A stretch of 64,000 nt of DNA from the human T2T-CHM13v2.0 reference genome, Homo sapiens. Shown one piece after another: positions 27,325 through 41,663 of this stretch; positions within the stretch are counted from its first letter, which is position 1; each line of letters begins with the position of its first letter. The translations under genes were made by a program, and so were the position numbers. A model generated the notes under the pieces. It did not search any database and was not told where the DNA came from. It worked only from the letters and a program-made list of their open reading frames with translations. The stretch lies in assembly GCF_009914755.1 (NCBI RefSeq), contig NC_060941.1. One strand, written 5' to 3'.

Positions 27325-29495
27325 TTGTTTTTCTAAAATGAACTTTGAAGTTTAGCATGATTTTAGATTTATAGAAAAGCTGTGAATTTGGTACAGAGAA
27401 TTCCCATATATCCAACACCTAGTTCCCCTGTTGTCAATATCTTACATGAATATGGTATATTTGTCATAATTAATGAAACCAACATTGATACATTATTATT
27501 AAAGAAAGTTCATACATTATTCAGAGTCCCTTAGTTTTTTTTCTTAATGTCCTTTTTCTATTCCAGGATCCCATCCCACCCAGGATACCACGTTACATTT
27601 ACCTGTCATGTCTGCTTAGGCTCTTGTTGGCTGTGACAGTTTTCACACTTGTTTTTCATGACCTTCCTTGACAGTTTTGAGGAGTACTGGTCAAGTCTTT
27701 TGTACAATGTCCCTCAATTTGGATGTGTCTGATGTCTTTCTGATTAGACAGGCGTAATGAATTTTGGGAGAGAAGATCTCAGAGGTAAAGTGCCACTCTT
27801 ATCATCTTGTATCAATGGTGCAGATAAAACATGACATCACTGCTGATACTGACCTTGATCACCTGGCTGAACTGGTGTTTCTTGCTTTCTCCACTGAGCA
27901 TTACTTGATTTCCAGCATTTTCATACTGTACTCTCTGAAAGGATGTTACTAGATCCTGCTTCCTTGTGGGCAGAGTATCTACCTAAATTATTTTGAATTC
28001 TTCTGCATGGGAGATTTGTCTACTAGCTCTCATTTATTTATTGATCCAATCATTTCTTTATAGCAGTATGGACTCATGGGTATTTGTTTTATACTTTGGG
28101 TTATAATCTAGTTAGCTTTATTTTCTTATTCAAATTGTTCCAGCTTTGGCCATTGGGAGTTCTTTCCGTTGGTGCCAGTGTTCCTTTGACCCATCCCCAT
28201 CATTGTGTCTGTTAGTTTTTGTAATTTTGTTTGCTTGTATTTTGAGCATTTCCTTACGTTCTGGCTCTACTGATGTTCCAGGCTTATCTTGGATATGTCC
28301 TGCCCTACCTCTAGAATCAGCTATTTCTCCAAGGAGCTCTAGTTCTTCTTACTGCAGAATAGTACTAGAAAACAAGATCTGGGCTCTCAGTGTGCTCATT
28401 GTGACTAGGGTGTGGTTAATTCTAAGCCCTTCCAGCTGACAAAGCAAGGAAAGGTATGTGCATATACTAGTCCATGTCTCTCCACACACATGTATTTACA
28501 AATGTTTCTATATGTAATCATCTGTATCTCTATTAAGCTAAACATAAACTTATACTGATATTTTTCCAACTCTAATCCATTACCACATAGATCATCCTAG
28601 ACTCCTCCCATTGCTGAGCTTTAAAGTCCCACTCCCACAGTGAAAAACAAGCTTCCCACCATTCACCATCCATTTACAGGATTGTTCAATTGCAGTCTAC
28701 GTGGATAGCAGTATCAGAATTGTTGACCCATACCCCCATGGAAAACAACCTTATCAGCTACAGTAGAGTGCTTGCGGGCATTTCCTTTGCATTTAGTCTT
28801 ACCCCCCTCATTTCAAAGTTGCTTAGATCAGCACCTTTTCCCACCAACCCCTTCAGTTAGCTTGCTTCATACAACTATAATATATCTAGATTATTTTGTC
28901 ACATTCTTCATTCCACTCTGTGATCTCCCAATCTCCTAAACAATTTGTTAAATTGCGTGCATTAAGATTCTCAATGTGCCATAAAGTTCTATTGGTTTTG
29001 ACAAACGCATAGTGTCCTGTATCCACCATTACGGAATCAAACAGAATAATTCCATTGCCCTTAAAAAATCCCCTGCACAACACCTGTTCAACTCCTTCCC
29101 TCCAGAACCTCTGGAAACCACTGGGTTTTTTGCTGTCTATATTTTTGCCTTTTCCAGAATATCATATAAATAGAATCACACAGCATGTACTCATTCAGAC
29201 CAGTTCCTCTCACTTAGCAATATGTATTTAAGATTCATCCACGTTTTTGCATGACTTGATAGCTCATGCCTTTGTGTCACTGAATAGTATTCCATCATAT
29301 GTATGCATCAAAGTGTCCTGACCCATTTAGCTATTGAAACACATCATTGTTGCTTCTAGTTTTGGATAATTATGAATAAAGCTGCCATAAACACTCATGT
29401 GTAGAATTTTCTGTGGACTACAGTGTTCAAATGAGTGAGATAAATATCTGGGAGCATGGTTTCTGGATAGTACAGAAAACTGATTAGCTTTGAAA
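27325..29495 (-). mobile_element. L1MC/L1MD-type LINE1 3' region
   Basis: ttttagatttatagaaaagctg...gtacagagaattcccatata...atgaaaccaacattgatacattattatta...ggataattatgaataaagctgccataaacac. Confidence 0.85.
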
Positions 29496-30143
29496 GACTA
29501 TTTGTTTTTTAGAAATTTTCAGTACTGAGACACATGCAGGTAAATATTTAATAAATAGTTTTTTTAATTTATTAAGGACCCAACAGTCAGCTGCTTAGAA
29601 GCTCAGTTCCTGGGAGAGAAGTTTTTAGCTTTGAGTAAAGGAAGGGAACTTCCTGGCATATGTCATCTCACTGCCAGAAACAGAGTCAGGTTGCCCCACC
29701 ATTGAACTGTGGATCAGATGGCATGTCTTCTTCTGCACCTACTTGCCTTGCAGTTCAGCTATGCCTTGTGGTTTCTCAGATAATACATGTTAGAGGAATA
29801 ATAATGACGATTACCACTAAGTTGTCACTTGATGTTGAATGTGTGGCCCAAGTGAAAACTACATTTTCTTCATTTGATCTATTTTCTTGTATTCCCACTT
29901 TTAGCCATTTTCCCAAATCCAAACAATCTGGCTGCCACACTCAGAGCGGGAAGAAGTCAACTTTTCTGGGAAAAAAAAGACATTTAGAGAGCCTGGGCCC
30001 ATGTAGAGAATGTCAGACTTCTCCAGAAGGACATGGCCCTGCTCCTGTCCATGGGAGAACAAAGGATCCAGTATGTAATGGACCAAAAAGGATGCAGGCT
30101 GTGTCTATATTCCCTTGCTGACCTCTTCCAATTGAGGCCAAAA

Positions 30144-30315
30144 CAGTGGGCTTTAGACTTGAACATCCATTAGAGTCACCTAAAGGGCTTGTTAAAACCC
30201 GGACTCTTGGGACCCGTCCCCGAGATGTCTTATTCACCCAAGAGTTTGCATTTACAACAAGTTCCCCAGTGATGCAAATCCCACTGGTCCTGCCCCATTC
30301 TTGGAGCTCCACCTG
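30144..30315. mobile_element. MER5A
   Basis: cagtgg...cattagagtcacctaaagggcttgttaaaac...tttgcatttacaacaagttcccc. Confidence 0.8.
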
Positions 30316-30834
30316 CCTAGAGAACTAACTATCCTTCATACATCCAAACCCATGGCCATCGCTAGATCTCCCCTCTACTCCTCATGTAAGAGACGAAGCT
30401 GAATGGAAGAGCTTGGGAAGGTGGATCTGAGATTTGGGGAAGAAGGGCCAAGGGGTCTAGGCACTGACTCTGGAAACGCAAGTTGTTCGCCACTCTGGAG
30501 ATGCTCACTAGTGTGGAAATGCAGGCTTTTGGAGACGGAATGGGCTGTAGTGGCCAAATTCCCTTTACCATAAAAAGAAAGAACATAAACCCAGAGGGTG
30601 GAAGCCATGCTCTCAAGGCCGCACAGCAAGCCTGGGCAGAGCCATAGTGACCTAGACCTTTTGACTCTTCCCATAATAGTAAAGCTACCCTTCCTTGTTC
30701 AAGGCAGCACAAGTACCTTCTGACTCAGAGTGAGGAGGGCAGGATCAAGCCCATTCCTGGAACGACAATATTTGAATTATCATCTCAAGGGGAAATGAAC
30801 AAAGAATAGCAGTTCCCTCAATCCACTCCCTGCT

Positions 30835-30836
<2 letters not shown>

Positions 30837-30880
<44 letters not shown>
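30837..30880. repeat. (AC)22 microsatellite
   Basis: Perfect dinucleotide run. Confidence 0.98.
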
Positions 30881-30882
<2 letters not shown>

Positions 30883-32287
30883 GTTCACAAAGGCCAGCTC
30901 TCCAAAGAGTCAGGGAGTAGGAAATGGGCAAGTGGGAAGATGAAAGCTCATTGTTTTTGCAGCAACACTAGTCAGAGTAATAATTCAATTTTGACCACAC
31001 AGAATAAACAGTTCCAAGCATCTAGAAGATGAGACTGCTGAAATTCTCAGCTGAAAACCCAAGGGGACAGAAAAACCAGAGCTGTACTTTCAGTTCCTCC
31101 CCCAAAATAAAAGGACTCCAGCCAGCCACATCTCGCCCTTAGAACCCTGGAAACAGGTGAGCGATTCATGACATTTGTTTAAGATGAATCAATTCCCAGC
31201 ACCATGTAGTGAGCCTAGGTCTCAGAATGACCCAAAAGGAGGGGCGCAAGACAAGCACAGGAAGGGGGATGGGAGAGAAGAGTCTTTGTCTGCTTTTCCT
31301 GATATTTTAAATATTATTAGATAATTTCTTTCAAATTTCTAATAAGCAGGTTGAAGTTTAAATTACAAGATCTCTAACAGAGTCAGGATCCAAATAGCAC
31401 AGGAGCCGGCAGACAACAATTGCTGGGGCCGGATGGGTTTCAGGTTTGCTCTTTGTGAAGACAAAGCTCCTATTGAGTGGTGGAGAGGAGAGCTGGGGAA
31501 AAGAGAGAGGGCTGTGGAGGGTTTTCATTACCCCGATCATCATCCCCACCGTGAGGGGAGGATGTAGAAGGAAGAAAGAAAATCTGGACCTGGCCAATGC
31601 ACTGCTGAAAATGACAGCTTGGAATGAATCACACACCTGATATCTGTGGCTCCTCCAGAGCAGAGTGTGGACATGAGACAAAGAGGAGGAAAGAAGGAAG
31701 GAAGCTGAAGCTCTAGTCCTGCACGCTCATGCATCCAGCAAAAATAAAAAAGCAAAAACATCAGAGCAGAGGATGGGTTCTTGGTAGGTGGTCCAGGGCT
31801 AGAAAGGTGATCTAATAGTTTTCTGTTTTTTCTTGAGATGCCTTGTAAACACTAGATTAGGAACCTCAACACTCAAGGGAACTTTATAGTTGAAAACCAA
31901 CAGCCACTTCCCAATAGAAGGTGAAGCAGAGATGGCAGAGATCAAGAGATACAATACCTCTCCCTCTATGTGTAGGCTAACAACGGAGATCACGGGTCTC
32001 TGGGGCATTGCCACAAACCCAATCTTGTTTGTTCCTCTTCCTCTCCTTCCCTCATTTCTTTTCTCTCTGTCATTATTAATGTCAGAGTCAAGTGCCCTCT
32101 TTGAAAAAAGCAAGTCTCCATCTGAATGGAGTTGGGGCCAGGTTCACAGAAGTTATTTCTTATTGGAATGTTCTCCCTGGCAGGTGCTTCTCATCTGCTA
32201 ACCCCTGTGTCTTCCCTTCTACTGCACTGGCATTAGGAATTAGTATCTCCATTCAGATATGGCCAAATAGCATCTGAGAGGTGAAGC

Positions 32288-32613
32288 CAGTAGCTCTCAA
32301 ACTGGGCTGCAAAAAAGTTGTTTTTGTTTTTGGATGCCCATTCTCTACACTCCAGAGATTCTGATATAATTGGTCTATGTTTTTAAAATTCACCCCAAGT
32401 GACCCTGTCAGCAGAACTGAGACCCCTTACGTTAAGAATTATCCAAGGAGTGGTTCTCAAACACCTGGAAGGCTCATGAAACATAGATTTCTGGACACAC
32501 CTGCAGAGTGGCTGATTCAGTGAGTCTAAAGGTGGGTCACAGAGTTTACATTTTCAGCAAGCTCTCAGGTGATACTCAGGTGGCTCCCAGGGACCACACT
32601 GTTAGAACCACTG
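32288..32613. mobile_element. Two adjacent MER5-family MITEs (~32288-32430 and 32449-32613)
   Basis: cagtagctctcaaactg...cagagattctgat; agtggttctcaaac...gatttctggacacacc...gggaccacactgttagaaccactg. Confidence 0.75.
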
Positions 32614-32710
32614 ACCCCAAAGCATATATGTTGTAATTGGTAAATAAGATGCAATGTGGGCCTCCCTGCCTCGAAGTCTGCACCCCAAGCATGTTTGTAT
32701 TTCCCTTTTA

Positions 32711-33343
<633 letters not shown>

Positions 33344-33468
33344 GTATTTCCCTTTTAAAGTGGTCTATTGGACCAAAAGAATCTCTAGACACAATGACTA
33401 CTGTGGAGCAGCTGTAGAATCTCTCTCCTGAGAGATGTGTCAGATAGCATGGGAGACAATATTCCAGG

Positions 33469-33631
33469 GCATTGCGGCTCAACGGGCGCTCTGTGGACCA
33501 GGAGTATTGGCATCACCTGGAAACTCATTAGAGGTGGAGTCTCTCAAGCCCCACCCCAGAGCCAGGACTGGAATCTACATTTTTAGAAGGTTTCCAGGGG
33601 ATTTTATACACATGAAAGTTTAAGCAATGCT
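33469..33631. mobile_element. MER5-family MITE
   Basis: ggaccaggagtattggcatcacctggaaactcattaga...ccccacccc...aaagtttaagcaatgctg followed by ttctag. Confidence 0.75.
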
Positions 33632-34051
33632 GTTCTAGGAGAGCTGAGAAACACCATGATTGGAGGATGGAGAGATTAGGGGTGTGTGCCCAGCACACCT
33701 ACAGGAGGTAGGGGGCAGGGAGCTGCAGCTCATCTAGGTCCTTCTAAACCCTGGCAAATACTGGCAGCGTCAGGAAGGGTGTTCAAAGAGGGCACTCGAC
33801 CATGATGATAATGACAAAGAGAAAAGAAATAAGGGAGGAAGAGGGAGAGAAACGAGATCCAGGTGGCAATGTCCCAGGGAGTTCAGGTCTAATGACTGGA
33901 TTCAATGATGTCTAGAGTGTGTTCAGCCCTGGCACTGCCACTCAGCCCAAAAGCAGAGGAAGGAGGGGAAAGTTGTGGGCTGGCCTCTGAGCAACCCATG
34001 TTGCTGTCACTTAAGCCTCACCAGATCCCTATCAGGGATGGCCATGCCTGG

Positions 34052-34480
34052 TGTATTAGTCTGTTCCCACATTGCTATAAGGAAATACCTGATACTGGGT
34101 AATTTATAAAGAGAAGAGGTTTAATTGGCCCACAGTTCGACAGGCAGTGCAGGAAGCATGATGCTGGCATCTGCTTGGCTTCAGGGGTGGCCTCAGGAAA
34201 CTTATGATTATGGTGGAAAGCAAAGGGGGAGCAAACATTTGATATGGCCAGAGCAGGAGGAAGACAGAGCGAGGAGGGAGGTGCTACACATTTTTAAACA
34301 ACCAGATCATACAAAAACTCACTCAGTATCAACGAGAACAGCACCGCAGGCATGGTGTTAAACCATTCATGAGAACTCCACCCCCACGATCCAATCACCT
34401 CCCACCAGGCCCCACCTCCAACAACGGGGATTACAATTTAACATGTGATTGGGGCAGGGACACAGATCCAAACCGTATCA
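34052..34480 (-). mobile_element. MSTA solo LTR
   Basis: tgtattagtctgtt...attgctataaggaaatacctga...ggaagcatgatgctggcatctgc...gggacacagatccaaaccgtatca; perfect TSD cctgg. Confidence 0.93.
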
Positions 34481-36059
34481 CCTGGTTTCTAAGGAGAAGT
34501 CAAGATAAGGAAGATCAGAGGACCTGTGCAGGTCTCACAATTACTCAAAAAAAACAAAAACAAAAAAACCCAGGGGATTTCTTATCCAGGTCTGGGAAGC
34601 CAAAGCTCACATTCTCCTCACCACAAAATGTGAGGGATAGGTTCATGGGAGATGATTACAGGAGCACCGTAATTTGGGAGTTTCAGAGGATTCCCAAATT
34701 CTGTCTTGTCTTTTGCCCAACAGAGTAACCAAGCCACTCTGAATGGATGTAGGAGACAGAGCTTTGGGATTACACACAGGGGCTCTGGACTCTAGTCGCC
34801 TGAATTGAAGCCCTGTCTCAACTCTTTGCTAGCTTCAGGCTCCCGTCTATAGATTCTCTTTGTCTCCGCTTCCTTGCCTGCAGAAGATGGAGAAGAAACT
34901 GATATCCACCTCACTGAAATTTTCCAAGAATTAAATCAGATAAAACATTCAAAGTTCTAAGCCCCGTGCCTGGTAGTCTCTTTGGAAGAAGTACCAGTCC
35001 CTAGTCTTGGTCCGGTCAAATAATCTCTCTAATTGCTGCTCTGGAAAGGAGCATTTTAATTCCACAGTGGGACAATGTGGAGAAGTGGAATGCTATGGGA
35101 AATGTGGGTACAAAATGGGAGGCGAAGGGCGGATGAAGCCCAGTTATTTATGTGATTGCAGGATGTTTGCAAAGACACACTCAAAATGCACACAAGTTGG
35201 CGTTTCCCCACAAGTGATGGCAGTGAGCCTGGGAAGGGTAATGTCGACATCAGAACCATCTGGCTGTGCCTGCAAATTCAGAAGCCAATCACCATTCCCA
35301 CCCTCTGAACTCTCACCACCCCAGTCCTACATTTTTATACCAGAGACCCTGAGCCCCCTGGAAGGGGAAATAGTCTCTGTCCCATTTGCTGCCCATAAAT
35401 AATACCCTGCAAGAGTGCTCACTTTAGTACCTTATCTTGCTTTGCAGTTACCTTAAGTGCAAAAGACAGGCTTGGAGAAGAGAAGCACGAGCTGAAAACC
35501 TGCAAACTTCTGTGCTCCCCTGGGCTCAAAGGTCTACAGAAGGAAGATTTGTTTTTAAAATACTTCCCTGTTCAGGAAGGGTAGTAATTGTGATCATCAG
35601 AGGCACCTTGGTGTGTCCTAGGCTTTCATTCCTGGGGTTCACAGGAATCCACGTAGAGTTCCCCTTCCTGCTCAACTGCTGCCCTCAAGAGCCAGCTAGC
35701 CTTGCTCAGGTCATTGCAAAACCTGATAAACTAGGTGCCATTATTATTACTATTTACAGGTGAGAAAACTGAGTCTTAAAGAGTTTCACCTATGTGCTCA
35801 AGGTGGTACCTATAGTAAGTGATTGAGGACCAGGAAGCATGGACTTCCAGAGCCTGGGTTTTAGCTGCCAGGCCAACCTTCATCCATGGTGGTGCAGGGG
35901 GACTATCACTGAGGTGGGGACTCACCAGACCTGTGTGGACATCTTGGTTTTGATGTTCACCTTTCTTCTGGTACCACTGTCCCCATTTTTCTCTGGAAGA
36001 CCCAGTATCAGTCTTGCCCCGGAGGGCACCTGACTCATGCCTGGCCAGTCAGCACATCC

Positions 36060-36765
36060 CTCAGGCTGTAGGGATTGGTTCATGAATGGGCACATGGCTA
36101 GAGAGGTGGCTCATTCTGCTGGACATGGGGCTGTGAGCCCAGGAGCCCGGAGGGAGAACCTGCTTGAGAATTAAACCAATGCTGAGAAGAGCAAAACCCA
36201 GAGATGTTGTGTCAGGTAGGAAGGCCATGCTAAGCTGAGGTAACAAATAAACACAATTATTGTTGTTATTTATTATTGTGTAGCTTAACATAATAAAGGT
36301 TTATTTCCCCCTCACATAAAGTCCAATGTGGGTCAGATGATTTTCCAGGGCAACTGTCTTCTTCTAGTCCATAACTTGGGGGTTCAGGTGCTCTCCATCC
36401 TGTAATGGGGCCATCTCAACATGTGGCTTTCAGAGTTCCTGAAGTAGGAAATAGAGACATAATACACTCATTTTATTGGTCAGAAGTTGTCATGTGACTC
36501 ACCTAAACTCAAAGGGGCAGGGAAATATGGCTGTCCAATGTGGCGCAGAAGGTAAGAACTACTCAAGAATGAACCCCGAAAGTCTCCACCACAGATGGAG
36601 GGAAATAAAGTAGTTTAAATGATTCAACATGATTTAGATCTCTGGATCAAGCTGTGCCTGAAGGAGTTGCAGTAGTTCTTAAATGAGCCAATAGATTTCT
36701 TTTTTAAAAGTCTAGTTTAAGTTTAGTTTTCTTCTCACTTGCAATTGAACAAATCCCACTTGACA
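36060..36765. mobile_element. Nested ancient MLT1 LTRs (MLT1I/J-like at ~36208-36592 inside an MLT1K/L-like LTR)
   Basis: Inner: gtaacaaataaac...gcttaacataataaaggtttattt...gtctccaccaca, flanks gatgt/gatgg. Outer: ggattggttcatgaatgggcacatg...ctggatcaagctgtgcctgaag...cacttgcaa. Confidence 0.6.
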
Positions 36766-37169
36766 GGAACATACCTAGACCTCACTCCCTGGCTGGCTCC
36801 AGCATCTCCCTCCTCCCAGTCGAAACACCACCCACTATGGGCTTCTGCCCTTCCACTCACTAAGAACTGCAACACACGCAAGCTTAAATGTTCTAGATTT
36901 TCCTAGGAACTGTCTTTTCAGCCACTGTGAAGGCCAAATGGTACATGAGAGAGGAAGTCACTTAGGAGAAAATAAAAGTCAATGCTAAAAATAGCCTTCC
37001 ATCTTGCAAATGAATGGGGTTCCCCTGAAGGAAAGATAGGACTTCTGTAAAACGCCATAAAGTTAGCTCTCTGAGATCCTTTGGAGAAAGTGGCCACATC
37101 TGTCCTTAGATTAGCAGCAGCAGCAAGAGTTGGCTTGACCTCCTAGGGACTTTGCTTGAAGACTCTGGC

Positions 37170-37970
37170 TGGAGAGAGGAGATCTGGGTTCTGGTTTAAT
37201 CTTTGCCATTGACCAACTGGCTAACCTTGAGCAAGTCATTTATCCTCTCTGGGCCTCAGTTTCCTCATCTGTAAAGTGAGTATGTTAAAGTAGCCAGGGT
37301 CTAATTTCCCTGTCTCCCTTATGCCCTAGATTTCTATAAGATCCCACCTCCACCTGCAGGTGCTCAGAATGTGGCTCAGCAATTGTCCTGCTGGTCACAA
37401 CCAGCAGGAGTGAGTGTGCTGGTTGAAACCCCTCCCAGAACTTCCCATGAAGAGTGGCTGCACACTCTGTGTACTAGCTGGGTAGACCACTGCCAAAATC
37501 ATATTCGAAGAACATTGGACTGGGAGCCAGGAGACCTAAGTTCACATACCACTTGTTTCATTGCCTTTGACAAGTCCTTTAAATCTCTCTAGACTTAAGT
37601 TTCTCCATCTTTCATGTTGGAATGGTGATTTGTGCTTGCATCAGAAGATCAAACAACCTTCTAGAGGCTGCTTTGGGCTTAGAGTCATGTGACATGGTTT
37701 GAGTTATCACTCTGACATCTTCTAGCTATGAGACCTTGAGCAAGTTGTAATCTCCCCACACCTTAAGGTCTGTAAATAAAAATAGCAACCATTAACTTAA
37801 TTGAGGGCTTTCTCTGTGTTTCTCTACAACCTCATGAGGTAGGTACTATTATCAACTGTATGTTTCAATGTCCTTTAACCTCTCTAAGCTGCAGAGTCAC
37901 AGAGCAGGTGGCAGACCCATATTCCAATCCAGAGCTGTCTGGCCCTAGTCCCTGTTCCACACCACCCTCC
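37170..37970. mobile_element. Cluster of 3-4 MIR fragments
   Basis: ccttgagcaagtcatttatcctctctgggcctcagtttcctcatctgtaaa and further MIR cores at ~37510, ~37700 and ~37800. Confidence 0.75.
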
Positions 37971-39374
37971 CTGCTTCCCTGACATGGACAGTGAATGAGG
38001 ATGGGTACAGGGAAGCCCCAAATGCTACAGAGGTGTCTCATTCAGGTCTGTATCATCCTTCCTCCCTAGAAACATAATTAAAATGTAGTATAGTCTCAGA
38101 GGCCTTGTGATGAATGAGTGATTAACGGGTGCTTAGATGGATAACAAAATAGATAAGTTATAAATGGAAAACAATGTGGCGCTGTGTAGATGCCCAAATG
38201 TATGTGTTGACCCAGGTACCATCACAGTCATTCCATGGGAGTAACAGGGATATGGTGATCAGGTGCGCTTGCGGTTGGGATATGGAAGCGGCCATGTTGA
38301 AGGGGCCCAGACTACCACACACCAGAGGGGCTGGGGTTTCTTCCTCTATTCCTCCACCAGTGGCCCAGAAGGTCCAGACATGTGCCCAGGGTAAGAAAGT
38401 CATCTAATTAGAGCTCTGATGCTAAATCGCATGAGGGCCTTCCCTGGAGCTCAGGATAGAGGGCTGGGAATGAGGCAAGCAGAGCTGGAGAAAAAGGGCT
38501 GCCCACCCATCACTCAGCCGTCTGGGTCCCATGCCCGAAGTGAAGGGGACGCCTCAGATCTTTCAGGAAATGTCAGCAGCCAAAACAATGTCTTCCTTGT
38601 CTTCCTTCTTGTTTTTTCACTCCTTCTGCATGCCCCTGTGGCCCAGGAATATATAGATCCATCCATCCAATTTTGAGTACCTGCTATGTGCCAGACACTG
38701 CTCAAAGGGTTTGGGATATCCTTAAATAAAAACACCCAAAAATCCCTGCCCAGGTTCACCTTGTGTCTGATCACAAGAGCAAACCCTGCCCAGCCACTGC
38801 CAGAATTGGTATCATGGGGCATCCTCTGCACTGACCATCTGATTATCTTGCCCTGAACAAAGGGTCAGAGCTATGTCTAAATGCTGGGATGGGTCCTACA
38901 ATGAACTCACATCTCTGGAGAAGACCTTCAACATTGGAGAACCAGCTGGTGCCTTCTTCTAAAAGAAAGGCAAAGGTCTTGGACTTCGTAGTTCCTTGCA
39001 AATCCCAGTCTAAGCCATTCAGTAGCAGGAAATATGTGTACCTGGAGAGGTCTCCTGCATGGGTCTGTGAAAAGAAGGAGGCAGGTTGATAGCCACCAGT
39101 TGTCCAAATGAATTCACTCAATGATAATGCTGGGCACTGATTAAGTCTATGGCCCCTTGCTAGATGCTGAGACAGCCACTGAATAAATGAGAGGCAGTTC
39201 CTACCCTCCATGAACTTCCAAATGAGCTGACAATCGGATGGGCTGAAGAGGTTAGGAAATCTGTTTGGTTAGGGGTAAATAGAGGGATAGGATAGGCAGA
39301 GGGAAAAACCAGGACCAGGTTGGATGTAATACTGAGAACATGCACAGCCCAGGTATAGCAGCAGGGAGCTTATA

Positions 39375-39900
39375 TTAATTCACTCACTCATTCATCTATT
39401 CAGTCAATAAATATTTGTTCCATACCTCTTCTATCCCACTCTGCTAAGCTCTGCAAATAACTTGGTGAGCACATCCACATCATTTCTTTTCTAAGCTGAT
39501 GGTCCCAGTGGGAGAGACAGGCATTCATCAAATAATCACACATTATTTCTTTGAAGGAAAAATACAAGACATATCAAAAGAACTATGTATGTTGTTGTGT
39601 GTGTATGCATGCATGCACACATGTGGTGGTTAGAAGCTGGTGGTAAGGAGACAGTTTCTGCAAAGGTAACAACTTTTGCAAGATGTCCTGAGATAGGTAG
39701 GGATCTAGTCCAGTAGGTGGGCTGAAGAGAAGCAAACTAGAGGTGAGAGCAGGAATCAGCAAAGCCCAGGCTGATGGTACAGGTCAAGTTGAAGGTTTTG
39801 CTCTCATCCTAAGGAAAGGGCAGCCAACAAAAGGTTTATGCAGCAAACAACTAGGCTGTGATTTGTGCTGGAGAGAAGATGTCATGCTGAGGAGTTAGGA
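39375..39900 (-). mobile_element. L2 fragment
   Basis: attcactcactcattcatctattcagtcaataaatatttg...gggagagacaggcattcatcaaataatcaca. Confidence 0.7.
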
Positions 39901-40394
39901 GATGAATTCACATTTCCTTCATTTTATGAAGAATTTACAAAACCTTTGAGCCAAAAAAGTTCATTTTCTGTTCTCTCAGAGGCAGTATAGCAAAATGGTT
40001 ATGAATCCAGGATTTTAGGGTGAAGATTTCAATCCTACTTTGGATAATTAATAATAAATTAGTTCTAAGCCCCATGTTTCTCATAGGGCTTTTGTGAGCA
40101 TTTAAATGCAAACGTATGTAAACGTGAGCAGTATCTCTAGCACTTACAAGCACCCAACAATTTACAACTATTTTTCTTGGTTCTCCTTGCACCTTGAGTA
40201 AAGAGATGCTGAGCTGCATCATAAGTTTCAGTAGGGTTTGACCACTCTTAGGACCATCTTTCACTGAGGGACCTTTGGCCTATTGCTTTCTTGCTGAAGT
40301 TTAAATGTTTCCAGTTTCTTTTTGAGAACAGCTGGTCCCAATCTACTAAATAACCCCTTTGCACACTTGAAGACCATTATTAAGATTCCCTTTG

Positions 40395-41085
40395 GCCATA
40401 AACATACGAAGAAGTGTTTAACATATGAAAAAAATGTTTAACCTCACCAGTAATCAAAGAAATTCAAATCAAAACAACAAAATGCAATTTTTGCCTATCA
40501 ATTTGGTAACTTTTTAAAATGATAGTGCACAGTGCTGGTGAGAGTAGGGTAAGGTGGCAATTTCGTACATTGCTGGTGGGAACATAAATTGGTACAATCT
40601 TTCTGGAAAGCAATTTGGCAATATGTTATCAAGACCCTGAAAATTGTCCTTACCCTTTAACCCAGTAATTCCACTTCTGGGAATCTATCTCAAGGAAATA
40701 ATCAAAGAATCAGACAAAAATTTCTGTTCATGCTGTTTGATATAGCAAACAATATTTTGAATTAGGAATAACCAAAAACTACCTAGAAGTCAAATGGTGT
40801 CGTGACATATATTACGGTGTCGTGACATATATTAAAAAGTTATTAAAAGTCCTGTTAACAAGGAATTTTCAAGGACATTTAAAATGGTCACCAAAAACTG
40901 TAAAACACAAACATATAGAAGATACAAAACTAAACACAGTAGGATTTTAATTATGTAATTATATATACTTATATTTTTATATGTGCATAGAAACAGCTAC
41001 ATGCAAACACAGCAAAATATTGACAGTTCTTACTAGAGGGTGATAGAATTAGGGGTGGCTCTTTATTTTCTACTTTACAATTATA
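40395..41085 (+). mobile_element. L1ME-type LINE1 fragment
   Basis: aacctcaccagtaatcaaagaaattcaaatcaaaacaaca...cattgctggtgggaacataaattggtacaa...cccagtaattccacttctgggaatctat. Confidence 0.85.
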
Positions 41086-41197
41086 TAACCAAAAAACTTG
41101 TTTAAGAGCTCACATGGCCTTATGTATTTTTCTAAGTAGTTCATCATGGTCCCTCTTCTGCCATAGCATCTTGCCCAGAATCGAAACAGCGGACTTT

Positions 41198-41473
41198 CAG
41201 TGGTTACAATTTACCTGGAAAGGGCCAGATAGCAGATATTTTAGGCTTTGCAGATCATACAGTCTTTGTTGCAACTTCTCAGCTCTATTGTTGTATGGCA
41301 AAACCAGCCATAGATAATATGGAAACAAATGGGCATGGCTGTGTTCTAATAGAATTATATATATATAATTATATATATAATTATATATATAGTTATATAT
41401 ATTTATATATATAATTTTATATATATATGCAGCAAGTCAGTTTTAGCCCATGGCCTTAGTTTGCCAACACCTA
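41198..41473 (-). mobile_element. MER58A containing a (TA)n-rich expansion (41355-41428)
   Basis: aaagggccagatagcagatattttaggctttgcag...cagccatagataatatg...tagtttgccaacacct followed by tctaga. Confidence 0.85.
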
Positions 41474-41663
41474 GTCTAGATGATTTGAATCTCTCCTGGC
41501 CCAAATTATGTATAGTCTCAAACAAGTATAGTTGGGGAAACTTCTAGAAGGGTGGGGTGAAGTAAGGTTCTTGTCTCCATATTCCTAGTGAGTCAATCCT
41601 TCTGAAATGTATTGAGAAGCAGTCAGCCAGGGCACTTCTCCCAGGCTTTTATTCGCCTCTTTG

